Shown piece by piece: positions 19,500 through 28,670 of a stretch of 64,000 bases of DNA (its first letter is position 1; the number at the start of each line of letters is the position of its first letter). This stretch comes from Acidobacteriota bacterium. Lineage in GTDB: Bacteria; Acidobacteriota; Polarisedimenticolia; Gp22-AA2. The stretch spans positions 65,904 through 129,903 of the forward strand of contig QHXX01000018.1 in the NCBI GenBank assembly GCA_003223135.1. The letters run 5' to 3'. The position numbers and the translations under genes were made by a program. The notes beneath the pieces were generated by a model. That model was not told where the DNA came from, made no database searches, and worked only from the letters and a program-made list of their open reading frames with translations.

Positions 19500-22388
19500 G
19501 TGACCTCGTCCGTCCTGCCGTCCGCGCGATCGTCGCACCATGCCGGGGCCTTCGTGCTTTGCGCCGCACTGCTCGGGATCGCGACCGTCCTGGGACTGGA
19601 GCGCTCACAGAATCGACCGAGGAGTTCACCGCCTTCGCCTGCCGGAGCGGATTACGATGAGGCCGTCCGACTCTATGTCGCCGGTCACTTCCAGGAGGCG
19701 CTCGAGGCGATCAACCGCGCGTCCGCTGCGGATGGATGGAGCGCTGCGCTGCGCGCGCTCGCCGGCTGGTGTCGTCTTCGGGCCGGCGCTCTGGCTGCGG
19801 CAGAGGCCGAGTTCCGCGCGGCGCTGAAGCTGGACGCGGGCGCCGTCGATCCACACGTGGGGCTGGGATACGTGCTGCTGCGCCGCGGTTCGTCGACGGA
19901 GGCGGAAGACCAGTTTCGTTTCGCCCTGCGCCGCGACGCCTCGAATCTCGACGCGCAGAAGGGGCTCGGTCTCGCGCTGCGTGACCAGAAGAAGTACTCT
20001 GACGCGACGCAGGCGTTTCGCGACGCGCTTCGCCTCAAGCCGGGCGATGCCGAGGCCGAGGGATTGCTGCAACAGGCGCTGGCCGCGGGAGACGGCGGCC
20101 GGGAGGAGCGGCCGCGCGGCCCGGCGACCGGCACGGCGATAAGGGTCGTCGCCCAGGCCAGGGACGGCAGGTTCTTCGTCCGGGAAGGCGGGCGCTTCCG
20201 GCCGCTGTTCGTGAAGGGAGTCAACATGGGGGTGGCGCTGCCGGGCCGCTTCCCCGCGGAATTCCCACCGGACGAGGCGACGTACCGCTCCTTCCTCTCG
20301 GCCATCGCCGGGATGGGCGCCAACGCGGTTCGCCTCTATACCCTTCTGCCCCCTTCGTTCTACGCAGCGCTGCGCCGGCACAACGACGCGGCCCGGTCGG
20401 CACCGCTCTGGCTCCTGCAGGGGATATGGACCGAGCCGCCGGCAGGCGATGACTACGACGGCGACGTGTTCGTCCGGCAATTCCGAGGCGAGATCCGGCG
20501 GGTCATCGACGCGGTGCACGGCAATCTCGACCTCGAGGCGCGGCCGGGTCATGCTTCGGGCATGTACCGGGCCGATATTTCGCCGCATGTCCTCGGTTAC
20601 ATTCTGGGCCGGGAGTGGGAGCCGCTGTCGGTTCGAACCTATGACGGCTGGTTCGCCAAAGGGCACAGAGAATCGTTCGCGGGTGCGTATTTCACGGCGC
20701 GCCTCGAGGATGGCGCCACGCCGTTCGAGCAGTGGCTGGCCCGGACCATGGACTTCGCCGTCGAATACGAGACCGGGGACTACCGCCAGCAGCGCCCGAT
20801 CTCGTTCGTCAACTGGCCCACGCTCGACCCGCTGCGACATCCGACCGAATCGACGGCCCCCGAGGAGGGAGCCTTCCTGCGCGCGATGGGCGAGGAGGAG
20901 ACGGCCGAGATGATCGAGGAGTACGGTGAGTGCGAGGATTGTGTCGGGGTGGACGCAGCGCGCATCGTCCCGACGCCCGACGCGCGGGGCGGTATCTTCG
21001 CGACCTACCACGCTTATCCTTATTACCCCGACTTCATGAATCTCGACCCCGGCTACAGCAGGGCGCGCGACTCGAAGGGTCCGAGCAACTTCATCGGGTA
21101 CCTGCGAGATCTCAAGACCCACCACGGCGCCCAGCCGGTGCTCATCGGCGAGACCGGGGTTCCGAGCAGCCGCGGCATTGCGCATCTCCAGCCTCAGGGG
21201 TGGAACCACGGCGGCCACACCGAGCGCGCGCAGGGGGAGATCGATGCCCGGCTGATGATGGATATCGACGAGGCGGGCCTGGCGGGCGGGGTGTTATTCG
21301 CCCTCCTCGACGAGTGGTTCAAGAGGAACTGGATGGTGTTCGATTTCGAAGTGCCGGCCGAGCGCAAGCCCCTCTGGCTCAATGTCCTCGACCCCGAAGA
21401 GAACTACGGTCTTCTGGCTGCGCGGCCGGGTGCCACGAGTTGGAAGGTGAAAGTCGACGGACGGGCGGAGGACTGGAACGGTGTGGCGCCGTTGGTGACA
21501 CGGCCCGAGGGCGGGCCGGAACGGCCGTTCAAGGACGGCTACGACCGGGCCCGCACGCTGCGAGGACTGGCGGTGACGTCGGACGAAGCCTACCTCTATA
21601 TCCGCCTCGATGTGGACCGGCTCGACGCCGACGGCGACGGCGCCCCCGACTGGGGAAAGGTGGCCTACCTCATCGGCATCGACACCTACGATGCACGGCG
21701 GGGGGATCACAGGTTGCCCATCACCGACAAGGCCGTCTCTCCCGCGGGCCTGGAGTTCTGCCTCGTCCTGGATGGCGCCGCCACGTCGAGACTCCTCGTC
21801 GATACCCCTTACGACCTCCAGACAAAGCGCCATCACCGTCCCTACGGTTCGGTCGAGAACGCCGACGGCCGCTTCATGGAGATCAAGGTCGAGACGAACC
21901 GCAGGCGCGTCGGACGCGACGGCACCGTCTACCCTGCCCAGCAGTCGAGCCGCTCACAGCTCATCCACGGCTCGATGGACCGGCGCGACCGGGACAGTTC
22001 GACGCTGACCGACTGGGCCGCCCGGACCGACTCGAACACCATCGAGATCCGCCTCGGCTGGGGGCTCCTGAACGTCACCGACCCGTCCTCCCGCTCTGTC
22101 CTGAGCGACGATCCGGACAATCTGAAGAACGTCGGCTGCACAAGAACCGCCGGCTTCCGCTTCTACGCCGCGGCGATCAAACCCGAAGGCGCCGCCGGAG
22201 GCCGGACGCCGATCGAGGCCCGGCTCGCCGATCGGCTGCCGCCGGGCGACCTCGCGCAACCGTCCGACCTGCCGATGTACGCCTGGCGCGGCTGGGACGA
22301 GCCGACGTACCACATCGAGAAGAAGGAGGGCTGGAGTATCTTGAAGCGGGCCTTCGAGGCGCTGCCGGCACACCGGGAGGCACCGTGA
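19500..22388 (+). CDS. Membrane-anchored TPR + clan GH-A-like glycoside hydrolase + C-terminal beta domain
   Basis: N-terminal TM, about 4 TPRs, then FVKGVNMG, ANAVRLYT, GREWEP, YHAYPYYPDF, IGETGVPSSRG, DEWFKRNW. Confidence 0.75.
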   Translation: MTSSVLPSARSSHHAGAFVLCAALLGIATVLGLERSQNRPRSSPPSPAGADYDEAVRLYVAGHFQEALEAINRASAADGWSAALRALAGWCRLRAGALAAAEAEFRAALKLDAGAVDPHVGLGYVLLRRGSSTEAEDQFRFALRRDASNLDAQKGLGLALRDQKKYSDATQAFRDALRLKPGDAEAEGLLQQALAAGDGGREERPRGPATGTAIRVVAQARDGRFFVREGGRFRPLFVKGVNMGVALPGRFPAEFPPDEATYRSFLSAIAGMGANAVRLYTLLPPSFYAALRRHNDAARSAPLWLLQGIWTEPPAGDDYDGDVFVRQFRGEIRRVIDAVHGNLDLEARPGHASGMYRADISPHVLGYILGREWEPLSVRTYDGWFAKGHRESFAGAYFTARLEDGATPFEQWLARTMDFAVEYETGDYRQQRPISFVNWPTLDPLRHPTESTAPEEGAFLRAMGEEETAEMIEEYGECEDCVGVDAARIVPTPDARGGIFATYHAYPYYPDFMNLDPGYSRARDSKGPSNFIGYLRDLKTHHGAQPVLIGETGVPSSRGIAHLQPQGWNHGGHTERAQGEIDARLMMDIDEAGLAGGVLFALLDEWFKRNWMVFDFEVPAERKPLWLNVLDPEENYGLLAARPGATSWKVKVDGRAEDWNGVAPLVTRPEGGPERPFKDGYDRARTLRGLAVTSDEAYLYIRLDVDRLDADGDGAPDWGKVAYLIGIDTYDARRGDHRLPITDKAVSPAGLEFCLVLDGAATSRLLVDTPYDLQTKRHHRPYGSVENADGRFMEIKVETNRRRVGRDGTVYPAQQSSRSQLIHGSMDRRDRDSSTLTDWAARTDSNTIEIRLGWGLLNVTDPSSRSVLSDDPDNLKNVGCTRTAGFRFYAAAIKPEGAAGGRTPIEARLADRLPPGDLAQPSDLPMYAWRGWDEPTYHIEKKEGWSILKRAFEALPAHREAP

Positions 22389-24121
22389 GCCGCAGCCGGC
22401 GTCTGGTCGCGATCGTTGCCGTCGGCCTCGCCGTGTTCGCCGCTGCGGTCCTTCCGGCGGGGGCGGCGCCCCCGGCCGCCCGGGAGCGGGACACAACGCA
22501 GACGCCCGCTTCGGGCGCTCCGGTCGGGCGGCCGGTGGCCGACATCGTGAAGGAGGCGGACGCCGCCTTCGCGCGGGAGGACTTCAAGCAGGCGAAGGTC
22601 CTCTACGAGGAGGCGGCTCGCCTCGAGCCCGGCCACGTCCGCGCCCTGCATCGCCTCGCCCTCCTGCAGTCGTGGGACGGAGAACTCCGGGCGTCGGCCG
22701 ACAACTACCGCCGCGCCCTGGCTTTGGCGCCGGACGACTTCGACATAGAGCTCGGTCTCGCCCGGGTGCTGTCGTGGACGCACGAGTTCGGGGAGGCGTG
22801 CGTTCTCTACAGGAAGCTGCGCGAGAAACACCCGGACGACGCGCGCGTCCTCCTCGGTCTCGGAAACACACTGTCGTGGGCGGGCCGCTACGCCGAGGCC
22901 GACGAGGTCTTCAATGACATGGAGGCCCGCAAGATCGAGCCGATCCAGGCGCACGCCGGCCGGGCGCGCCTGCGCGGCTGGCAGGGGAAGCTCGACGAGG
23001 CGGCGCACTTCTGGCGCGACGTGCTGCGCGCGGATCCCGGCAACCTCGAGGCACGCATCGGTCTGGCGTACGTGCACCACTGGCAGGGACTCGATCGCAC
23101 GGCGCGCGAGCAGGCCGACAACATCGTCATCGACCACCCGGAGAGCAAGGAGGCGCGGGAGTTGAAGGAGGCGGTGCGGAAGGGACTGCGGCCGCACGCG
23201 GACGCGGACGCGTTCCGCTACAGCGACACCGACTCCAACCGGGTGGATGGCGGCACGGCGTCGTACACCTTCATGGCCGAGCCGCAGACCTCGATCAGGA
23301 TCGCCTACTCGACCTACGACGCGACGTTCCGCTGCGAGGACGCGCAGTTCTGCGATGAGCCGGGCCTCGCCGTCGGAGATGAGATCGACACGCGCGCGCA
23401 GGTCCTGACCGGTGCTTTGACGTCGCGCGTGATCTCCCCGCTGACCTTCAACGCCCGTCTGGGCGCGGTGCGGGAGGGGACCTTCGGCGGGGACACGCGC
23501 GTCGTCGGGGTCCTCGGCGGCTACCTCCGCTGGCAGGTCGGCCCGAGGTTCGCCCTCGGCACGAACGGCGGCCGGGACGTGTTCCTCGACACCGCCCCCC
23601 TCATCGACCGCGGCATCCGCATCACGGACGCCAATGCCCGCGTGGAGTTCCGTTTCAACCCGGCCTGGCTGCTCTCGGGCAGCGCCGGGGCGGCGTCGTT
23701 TTCCGACGGCAACGCGCGCCGCACGGCCGGGGCTGCGATCGAATGGCGTCTGCCGACGACGCACCCGTGGATCGCGGGCACGGTCGACGTCCGATACCGG
23801 TCGTTCAACGCCGACGAGGACAACGGCTACTTCGACCCGCGGCGCTACGACTCGGAGCTCCTGACCCTGGCGGTCTGGGACGACTACCGTGACGGCCTGC
23901 TCTACTGGAGGCTCGAGGGCACGTATGGACGGCAAGCCTTCACCGTCGGCGCGGTGAAACGCGACGACGCGGTGAGCGGCGGGTCCGTCCTCGCGGGCGT
24001 CAACTTCGCGCAGGGCAGGGCAGCTCTCGAGGCTTCGTACGCCCGCAGCGACTACGCGCTCAATGTCGCGCAGGGATTCACGTACAGCCGGACAGGGTTT
24101 TCCCTGCGGTTCCGGTTCTGA
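22385..24121 (+). CDS. TPR-repeat + outer-membrane beta-barrel protein (PgaA/YaiO/NfrA-like export porin)
   Basis: GTG overlapping the upstream stop (GTGA), signal peptide, TPRs with LARVLSW/LGNTLSW, amphipathic beta strands, YFDP motif, terminal Phe (GFSLRFRF). Confidence 0.75.
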   Translation: MSRSRRLVAIVAVGLAVFAAAVLPAGAAPPAARERDTTQTPASGAPVGRPVADIVKEADAAFAREDFKQAKVLYEEAARLEPGHVRALHRLALLQSWDGELRASADNYRRALALAPDDFDIELGLARVLSWTHEFGEACVLYRKLREKHPDDARVLLGLGNTLSWAGRYAEADEVFNDMEARKIEPIQAHAGRARLRGWQGKLDEAAHFWRDVLRADPGNLEARIGLAYVHHWQGLDRTAREQADNIVIDHPESKEARELKEAVRKGLRPHADADAFRYSDTDSNRVDGGTASYTFMAEPQTSIRIAYSTYDATFRCEDAQFCDEPGLAVGDEIDTRAQVLTGALTSRVISPLTFNARLGAVREGTFGGDTRVVGVLGGYLRWQVGPRFALGTNGGRDVFLDTAPLIDRGIRITDANARVEFRFNPAWLLSGSAGAASFSDGNARRTAGAAIEWRLPTTHPWIAGTVDVRYRSFNADEDNGYFDPRRYDSELLTLAVWDDYRDGLLYWRLEGTYGRQAFTVGAVKRDDAVSGGSVLAGVNFAQGRAALEASYARSDYALNVAQGFTYSRTGFSLRFRF

Positions 24122-24155
24122 GGCGCGGTTCTTTGCTCGCGCCGCGCAGCGAGGG

Positions 24156-24545
24156 GTGACGGCCGTGGCGGAGCAGGCCCGAATCCTGATCGCGGACGGC
24201 GACGCGCCCGTGCGACGCTTCGTGGCCGCGCTTCTCGTCCACGGAGGATACGAGGTGCATGAGGCCGCGGACGGCGAGTCGGCGCTTCAAAAGGCGGTGT
24301 CGCTCGCGCCGCGACTGCTGGTCCTGGACATCGTGCTGCCGGGGAAGGACGGTTTCGAGGTCATCAACTCGCTCAAGTCGAACCCGGCGACCTCCCGCCT
24401 GCCGATTCTGGTGCTGTCGGTGAAGGATCGCGAGGAGGATGTGGTGAAGGCGCTCGACCTCGGCGCCGAGGACTACGTCATCAAGCCGTTCAGCCCCCGC
24501 GAGCTCCAGGCGCGCATCCGCAAGATTCTCGAAAGGAGCCGGTGA
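24156..24545 (+). CDS. Single-domain response regulator (receiver only)
   Basis: ILIADGD, LLVLDIVLPGKDG (phospho-Asp), LS, DYVIKPF; no output domain. Confidence 0.9.
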   Translation: MTAVAEQARILIADGDAPVRRFVAALLVHGGYEVHEAADGESALQKAVSLAPRLLVLDIVLPGKDGFEVINSLKSNPATSRLPILVLSVKDREEDVVKALDLGAEDYVIKPFSPRELQARIRKILERSR

Positions 24546-24549
24546 CGCC

Positions 24550-25824
24550 GTGGATCCGGTGCGCCTTCTGATGGTCGAGGTGGTCGAGGGAGTCGGGGTC
24601 TTCCTCGCCCTTCTCACCTTTGCGATCGTCATCAACAAGGCGCTCCGCGAGGTGGGCGAGGCCCTCGACAGACACCGGCGCACGCTCATCGAGCCGGCCG
24701 TCTTCGAGTACCTCGGCGCCGCGTCCTCCAGGCCGCAGCGCGACGCCCTCCCGCGATCGTCGTCGCGCCGCGACCGGCGCCTGGTGGAGGAGTTCCTTCT
24801 CGAGGCGGCGCGCGTCGTGAAGGGGGAAACGCGCGACCGGGTGACCGCCGCCTTCGAGGCGCTCGGCTCGGTGCGCGAGGCGATCCGCGCTCTGCACAGC
24901 CGCCGCTGGTGGAAGCGCGCCGAGGCAGCCGAGAGGCTCGGGCTGATGCGAAGCCGCACGGCCGTCGCGCCGCTCGTGGCCCTGATGAGCGATCCGGAGG
25001 CGGAGGTGCGCATCCGCGCGGCCCGCGCCCTGGGTCTCGTTCGCGGAAGCACGTCGATCAGACCGCTCGTATCGGCCCTCGCGGACCCGAGCCGCTGGTC
25101 GGCGATCCGCGTCGCCGAGATTCTGATCAACGTCGGCGTCGAGGCGGTGGACGAGCTCCTCGTGGCCTATGAGACGTTGCCGCTTAACGCCCGAGTCTCC
25201 GCCCTCGACGTTCTGGGGCGCATCCGGAGTCTCAGGGCTGTCGGGCTGATGAAACAGTGTCTTTCGGACGCACACCCGGACATCCGGGCTCGCGCGGCGC
25301 ACGGGCTCGGCCTCATCGGCGATCCTGGCACCGCCCCCGACCTGATTCGCGCCCTCCGGGACACGGAGTGGCCGCCGCGCGCGATGGCGGCCAAATCGCT
25401 CGGCCGCCTCCGAGACCCTGCAGCCATAGGACCGCTGCGCGAGTCGATGAGGGACCGGCAGTGGTGGGTGCGTTACAACTCCGGCGAGGCGCTCCGGGCC
25501 CTCGGCCCCGAAGGTCTGGAGGCGCTGATCGACATGTTGAGCTCCGACGATCCGTACGCCCGTCACATGGCGGTGGCGCAGCTCGAAGAAGGCCGGGTCA
25601 TCGACCACTTTGTCGCGGACCTGACCTCGAACGACGCCGGCAAGCGCGCCGCGGCGATCCGCTTCGTCGACAAAGTAACCGCCGCCGCCCGCATCGACGA
25701 TACGACCCGGCAGGCGGCCAGAAGCGCCCAGGAAGGCGTGCGCCACGCGCTGTCCAACATCCTGAAAACGCCGTCGCCGGCACCTGCGTCCTCACCCGGC
25801 AAGGGGGACGGAGGACGTTCGTGA
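24550..25824 (+). CDS. Membrane-anchored HEAT (PBS-lyase-like) repeat protein
   Basis: One N-terminal TM, then repeats of D...VR..AA.ALG. Confidence 0.88.
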   Translation: MDPVRLLMVEVVEGVGVFLALLTFAIVINKALREVGEALDRHRRTLIEPAVFEYLGAASSRPQRDALPRSSSRRDRRLVEEFLLEAARVVKGETRDRVTAAFEALGSVREAIRALHSRRWWKRAEAAERLGLMRSRTAVAPLVALMSDPEAEVRIRAARALGLVRGSTSIRPLVSALADPSRWSAIRVAEILINVGVEAVDELLVAYETLPLNARVSALDVLGRIRSLRAVGLMKQCLSDAHPDIRARAAHGLGLIGDPGTAPDLIRALRDTEWPPRAMAAKSLGRLRDPAAIGPLRESMRDRQWWVRYNSGEALRALGPEGLEALIDMLSSDDPYARHMAVAQLEEGRVIDHFVADLTSNDAGKRAAAIRFVDKVTAAARIDDTTRQAARSAQEGVRHALSNILKTPSPAPASSPGKGDGGRS

Positions 25825-25852
25825 CCGGTCGCCGAGCCGCCGGTGGGCCACC

Positions 25853-27295
25853 ATGACCTGGATGTCCGTCCTGATCACAATCGTCCTCGCCTTCAACCGC
25901 TGGGTGATCTTCTACTTCGGCCTCCTGAACGGCGTCTATCTCTTGCTGTTCCTGGTGTCGTTCGTGGAGGTCCTGCGCTTCGTCAAGCGGACGTTCTTCT
26001 CCGACTACGAGCAAATCTTGAAGTCGGAGATGACCTGGCCCATCTCAATGATCGTCCCCGCCTACAACGAAGCGCGCAACATCGTCGAGACCGTGCGGTC
26101 GCTTCTCGCGGTGAACTATGGTCAGTTCGAGGTCGTCGTGGTGAACGATGGGTCCAACGACGGCACGCTCGAGCGCCTCATTTCGACCTTCGAGCTGAAG
26201 CGCACCGACCGCATCTACCGCCGCACGCTGCCGACCGGTCCCGTGCGCGGCATCTACGCCTCGCTCGAACATCCGAATCTCAGCGTCGTGGACAAGGAGT
26301 GGGGCGGCAAGGCCGAGGCGCTCAACTGCGGGATCAATGTGTCGCGCTACCCCCTGTTCTGCTCGGTCGATGCCGATTCGATCATGGAGGACAATGCGCT
26401 CCTGCGAGTGGTGAAGCCGTTCATGGAGCACCCCCAGGAGATGGTCGCCGCCGGCGGTATCGTTCGCATCGTCAATGGCTGCGAGGTGCGCGAAGGCCGG
26501 GTCGTGCGCATCGGCCTGCCGAAGAAGCCCTTGCCTGTCTTCCAGGTCGTCGAATATCTGAGAGCGTTCCTGGGAGGGCGCATCGGATGGAGCAGCCTGC
26601 GGTCGCTGCTCATCATCTCTGGCGCGTTCGGTCTGTACCGCAAGTCGGTGGTGATCGCCGCCGGAGGCTACGACAGCTGGTCGGAAACCGAGGACCTCGA
26701 GCTCGTCCTGAAGCTCCACGAGCACATGCGCAGGACCGGCCGCAAGTACCGCATCGTCTTCGTCCCCGACCCCGTATGCTGGACCGAGGTCCCGTCGACC
26801 TTTCGTGTCCTGGCTCGCCAGCGCAACCGCTGGCACCGCGGCCTGCTCCAGAGCCTGTGGCGCCACAAGCACATGATCTTCAACCCCGAGTACGGCGCCA
26901 TCGGCATGCTCGGGCTGCCCTACTTTCTTGTCTTCGAGTCCCTCGGCCCCTTCATTGAAATTCTCGGCTACATCACGGTCGCGCTCTCGTATTGGCTCGG
27001 CGTCCTGAACATCGATTTCTTCGTTCTCTTCCTAATCTTCGCCGTCTTCTTCGGGGTCTTCCTGTCCGTCGCCGCCGTGCTCCTGGAGGAGGTCTCCTTC
27101 CGCCGCTATCCCGGCTGGGAACACCTCGCCAGGCTCGTCTTCTACGGTGTCCTCGAAAACTTCGGCTACCGCCAGATCCTGGCCATCTTCAAGGTGAAAG
27201 CCTTCTGGGACTTTCTGCGGCGCCGTCGCGCCTGGGGCCGGATGGAGCGCGAGGGGTTCCGGGCGGGACCGGCGTCGCCGACCCTTCGGACCTAG
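25853..27295 (+). CDS. Processive GT2 polysaccharide synthase (PgaC/IcaA-like)
   Basis: PAYNE, VNDGS, GGKAEALN, VDADS, TEDL, QRNRW (QxxRW), flanking TM helices, C-terminal WGRMER. Confidence 0.92.
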   Translation: MTWMSVLITIVLAFNRWVIFYFGLLNGVYLLLFLVSFVEVLRFVKRTFFSDYEQILKSEMTWPISMIVPAYNEARNIVETVRSLLAVNYGQFEVVVVNDGSNDGTLERLISTFELKRTDRIYRRTLPTGPVRGIYASLEHPNLSVVDKEWGGKAEALNCGINVSRYPLFCSVDADSIMEDNALLRVVKPFMEHPQEMVAAGGIVRIVNGCEVREGRVVRIGLPKKPLPVFQVVEYLRAFLGGRIGWSSLRSLLIISGAFGLYRKSVVIAAGGYDSWSETEDLELVLKLHEHMRRTGRKYRIVFVPDPVCWTEVPSTFRVLARQRNRWHRGLLQSLWRHKHMIFNPEYGAIGMLGLPYFLVFESLGPFIEILGYITVALSYWLGVLNIDFFVLFLIFAVFFGVFLSVAAVLLEEVSFRRYPGWEHLARLVFYGVLENFGYRQILAIFKVKAFWDFLRRRRAWGRMEREGFRAGPASPTLRT

Positions 27296-27307
27296 GAGCC
27301 CGCCCGA

Positions 27308-28633
27308 TCAGGGTGACAGAAGCTTCTTGATCTCTCCCACCAGGTAAAGCGACCCGCTGACGACGACGAGCGCGCCGGGACCGGCCGTCTCGCACGCGAC
27401 ATGGAGGGCTTCTTCGACGGAGTTCGAGCGCGACACGTCGGGGTGACGCGCGGCCGCGAGACGCTGAAGATATTCGGGGTCCTCGCCGCGGACGACAGGG
27501 AGACGAGTGACGATCACTCTGCGGACCAGGGGGCAGAGGAGGTCGAGCATCGTGGCGGCGGGCTTGTCCTTCATGGCGGCGAAGACGAGGACCTTGGGGT
27601 GGTCCTCCTGATACTCCTTGAGATAGGCCGCGAGAGTGGCGCAGCCGGCTGAATTGTGGGCGCCGTCGAGGAGCAGATCGGGCTCACCTCGGATGAGCTC
27701 GAGCCGGCCGGGCCAGACGGTGGTGCGGAGGCCGGAATTGATGCTACGCGCCTCGATGCCTTGGACTCCGACGGCCGCCAGGCGCTCGGTCAAAAGGACG
27801 GCGGTGACGGCGTTCTCCACCTGGTGGACGCCGCGCAGCGACAGGGCAATCTCGCGGTAGCGCCCGCCGCCCGGAGTTGCCAGCGAGAAGACAGGTGGAT
27901 CGAGAAAGTGTCGGGGGCCGGCAGGCGCGCCGTGGGCGGCGTCGCTGCCGGGGCGGACGTCGCAGTCCGTCGTCAGTATGACGGGCGCGCCGATGCGTCC
28001 GGCCTCCGCGCGGATCGCTTCCAGGGCTGCGGGTTCCTGCTTCGAGACGGCGGCCGTCACGCCGGGTCTGAGGATGCCGGCCTTCTGGGTGGCGATCTCG
28101 GCGAGGGTCCGGCCGAGCCAGCGGGTGTGGTCCATGGCGATCTGGGTGATGGCGCCGGCGAGGGGCATGACGACATTCGTGGCGTCGAACCGCCCGCCCA
28201 TTCCGACCTCCAGAACGGCTATCGGCACCTTGCGTCTCCTGAAGTGCAGGAAGGCGAGCGCGGTCGTCGCCTCGAAATAGGTCGGCGGGTCGTTTCTCAG
28301 CAGGCGGTCGCCGGCGATGACGCTGCGCAGCTCGGAGGTGAGAGCGGCGACTTCGGTCCCGGGGATCGGCTCCTCGCCAACGACGATCCTTTCTTCGAAG
28401 CGTACGAGGTGGGGGGAGGTGTAGACCCCGGGCGCGTAGCCGGCCTGCCGGAGGATCGAAGCGGCATAGGCGGCGACCGACCCCTTGCCGTTCGTGCCGG
28501 CAATCAGGACGGAGGGAAAGGCCGTCTGCGGGTCGCCGAGGCGCGCGAGGAGCGCCCGAATCCTGTCGAGGCCGGGGCGGATGCCGAGGGCCTCGAGCGA
28601 AGCGAGGTAGGCGAGCGCTTCCTCGTAGGTCAT
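27308..28633 (-). CDS. folC: Folylpolyglutamate synthase / dihydrofolate synthase
   Basis: IAGTNGKGS, YTSPHL, LEVGMGGRFDATNV, DH, WPGRLE, DGAHN, GSLYLVG. Confidence 0.95.
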   Translation of the reverse strand: MTYEEALAYLASLEALGIRPGLDRIRALLARLGDPQTAFPSVLIAGTNGKGSVAAYAASILRQAGYAPGVYTSPHLVRFEERIVVGEEPIPGTEVAALTSELRSVIAGDRLLRNDPPTYFEATTALAFLHFRRRKVPIAVLEVGMGGRFDATNVVMPLAGAITQIAMDHTRWLGRTLAEIATQKAGILRPGVTAAVSKQEPAALEAIRAEAGRIGAPVILTTDCDVRPGSDAAHGAPAGPRHFLDPPVFSLATPGGGRYREIALSLRGVHQVENAVTAVLLTERLAAVGVQGIEARSINSGLRTTVWPGRLELIRGEPDLLLDGAHNSAGCATLAAYLKEYQEDHPKVLVFAAMKDKPAATMLDLLCPLVRRVIVTRLPVVRGEDPEYLQRLAAARHPDVSRSNSVEEALHVACETAGPGALVVVSGSLYLVGEIKKLLSP

Positions 28634-28670
28634 GAAACCCCGCGTGGATCGAGGGGCCGCGGACAATCCT

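Noticed and set aside
20930..22384. 1063-aa ORF start for the TPR/beta-barrel gene
   Set aside because: This stretch overlaps the hydrolase in another frame and reads as Arg/Gly-rich noise; the signal peptide begins at GTG 22385
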